Source: an uncultured Phycisphaerales bacterium
Lineage (GTDB): Bacteria; Planctomycetota; Phycisphaerae; Sedimentisphaerales; Anaerobacaceae
Direction: 5' to 3'
NCBI GenBank assembly: GCA_963772725.1
Contig: CAVYYI010000003.1
Coordinates: forward strand, 224,001-288,000
Length of the DNA stretch: 64,000 nt
Shown: positions 62,103-64,000 of the stretch, one piece after another
Position numbering within the stretch: the first letter of the stretch is position 1
Layout: each line of letters opens with the position of its first letter
The notes under the pieces: generated by a model
Told to the model about the DNA's origin: nothing
Database searches by the model: none
The model's input: only the letters and a program-made list of their open reading frames with translations
Translations under genes and position numbers: made by a program

Positions 62103-62163
62103 GCGCCATAGCAATTATAACCATTAAACGTGTTACAGAAATAGGAATCAAATTGACCAACTG

Positions 62164-64000
62164 ATGAAGAAGAACATTCTATTTATATCAGTAATAGTTT
62201 TGGCAGGGATTAGCTTACTTTACTTACTCCAGCAGTTAGTCGCCAGCGGTTCGCATAATACCTTCAAAACAATTAAGCGTGAAGTCTATCCTCACAGCAA
62301 TATAATTACGACAAATTTTGAGCTTTCTAAAGATACCTATTTTCTTAAAATAAAACACTCTGATATACAAAATCAACAACATGAGATTTTCTTCAATGGA
62401 AAATTAATTATTCCACAATTCCCGCTTCGAGTAAAAAACGGTAATTGTGAAAATTGTATATATATTCCAAGCGAATCAGTAAAACAAGGAACCAACACAT
62501 TAACTATAAGTTACAAGGGCGTTCTTCCTTCGAGTGCGGCTATTAAACTTACAAATTACAGAAAGGATTTGGGAAAGGTCTATATTTTTTTTGCTGATTC
62601 GCCCCTTCTTCGTGCTGACTTAGGGCACAAGGTGGTAGATTACATAAATATTCTAATTTTTTTCATAGCCTCCGTTGCTTTTATTAAAATGAGCCCCTTT
62701 GGAAAAAAAATGAAGTATTTACTCCTGCTGGTTTGGTTTGGATTACTCCTATGTGCAATTATGATTTTGTCGCTGCCATATTTTGGCTACAAACTTGCGA
62801 TAACGCCCATATTTTTCTGGAATATTGTGGTTAGCTTACTGATTGTTTTATTTATCTTGGCGGTGTACTCAACAAAAAATAACCGGCAGAGGGTATTGAT
62901 ACTGTCTCAGGCCGCATTTGAGGAAAGAGGCTTTAGTGTTCCAGCAGGAGCAGGAATTTTGCTGGTGATTGCCGCAATTAATCTTTGGGTTTACTGGCCG
63001 AGTTTTTCGCATATATTTCGTCACGATGAATGGGGATTGTTTTTTTCCTCGAGAAACTATCCGCCTGATTTTCAGTTTGTGATTAAACATCTTGACTGGC
63101 AACTGCAGTTGCCTTATGACCGTCTTGTATTTCGCCCAATTCACCATGGCTTGTTGGCTGTAAATCGTGTTGTTTTTGATACCAATTATATTGGACCACA
63201 CATTGTAACTTTCATCATACATATTGTAGCTTCGGGTTGTCTGTTATGGCTTTTGTGCCAATTTGGTTTCAGACTCATCGCCGGAATCTTTGTCCTATTG
63301 TTTTCGGTCCTCATGACAAGTATTGACCCTGTGGTGTTGCCTCATTTTCATGCATATATTCTGGCGACAATATTAATGCTTTTATCGATTATAATATTTA
63401 CTAAAACGTTGCGTGACCAGATATCACCATTAAAGGGCTTTGGATTGGTAAGTTTACTTATTTTTTTGAATATGCTCACCACTGAAATTGCCTTTCTAAT
63501 GCCGTTTTGTTTCTTTGCTTCATATTGGTTGTTCTATAGGAATAGTGAAGAAGCGAGCATGAAACAAAAGAGTAAAGCAATCTGGCTAGTCCTTCTGGCA
63601 CCGATGATTTTATGGTCTATCCTCTTTTCAATGCATATTTATTTTGCTTACCCCGATCTTAAAATGACCTACCAATCAACCATGATACCTTTATGGAAAG
63701 CTTTAATTAATATTGCGCAGCACTTTTGATACTGGTTTCTGGTATATTTTTGCCTTTTACTGCCCACACTTCCTTTGGCGACAAAATATATTTTAAAGTT
63801 ACCCCCATCGCTTTTGCACTATTAGGCGCGATAATATTTGTTGTCTTAAAACAAAAATTATTTAACAGAATACATCGAGAATTTATACTGGCTACGGCTT
63901 TGTTTTTCTCGATTTTAGTAATTTTTTGTTTAGCCAGGGCTTCGTACACAAATAGTCTTCTCCATCAATATAGTATGCCTACTTCTTATTGCTACCCGCT
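62164..64000 (+). CDS. Large multi-pass membrane protein, possibly GT-C-fold glycosyltransferase (frameshift near 63720; runs off the window)
   Basis: Many TM helices, HDEW and FRP motifs; hydrophobic reading continues in another frame after 63729. Confidence 0.6.

Overview
Bacterial chromosomal window, most consistent with a planctomycete of the Phycisphaerae/Sedimentisphaerales type. This is an inference from the planctomycete-style secretin, dockerin-like/DPN-rich secreted proteins, the LpxC-FabZ fusion and the short GlmU. Many conserved genes are split by single-base indels (clpC, mnmG, pth, rplY, prs, lpxC, hicB, padR, transketolase), which points to an unpolished long-read or metagenome consensus rather than real pseudogenes. 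Left to right: aroA-aroC; an ~11.4 kb minus-strand gene for a ~3,800 aa secreted S8 protease / beta-helix / FN3-like / dockerin-like protein, preceded by a secretin and by a stand-alone paralogue of the secretin's N-terminal domain; tsaB; a ~3.2 kb decayed phage- or replicon-like islet (initiator fragments with an ori-like repeat cluster, HNH fragment, SH3/WYL-like protein, DUF2335 pair); clpC; PP2C phosphatase, thyX, hemerythrin-like and radical SAM genes; a long minus-strand run (promoter, unannotated structured RNA, tRNA-Gln, short glmU, prs, rplY, pth, rpsF, ssb, rpsR, rplI, dnaB, bamA, skp, lpxD, lpxC-fabZ, lpxA, gnnA-like); a PadR module; PPIase, acpS, hicBA, mnmG; a second initiator remnant; EEP and radical SAM genes sharing a duplicated promoter and N-terminus; and the start of a GDP-heptose / split-transketolase surface-glycan cluster. 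No CRISPR array, rRNA or intact transposase/integrase was seen.
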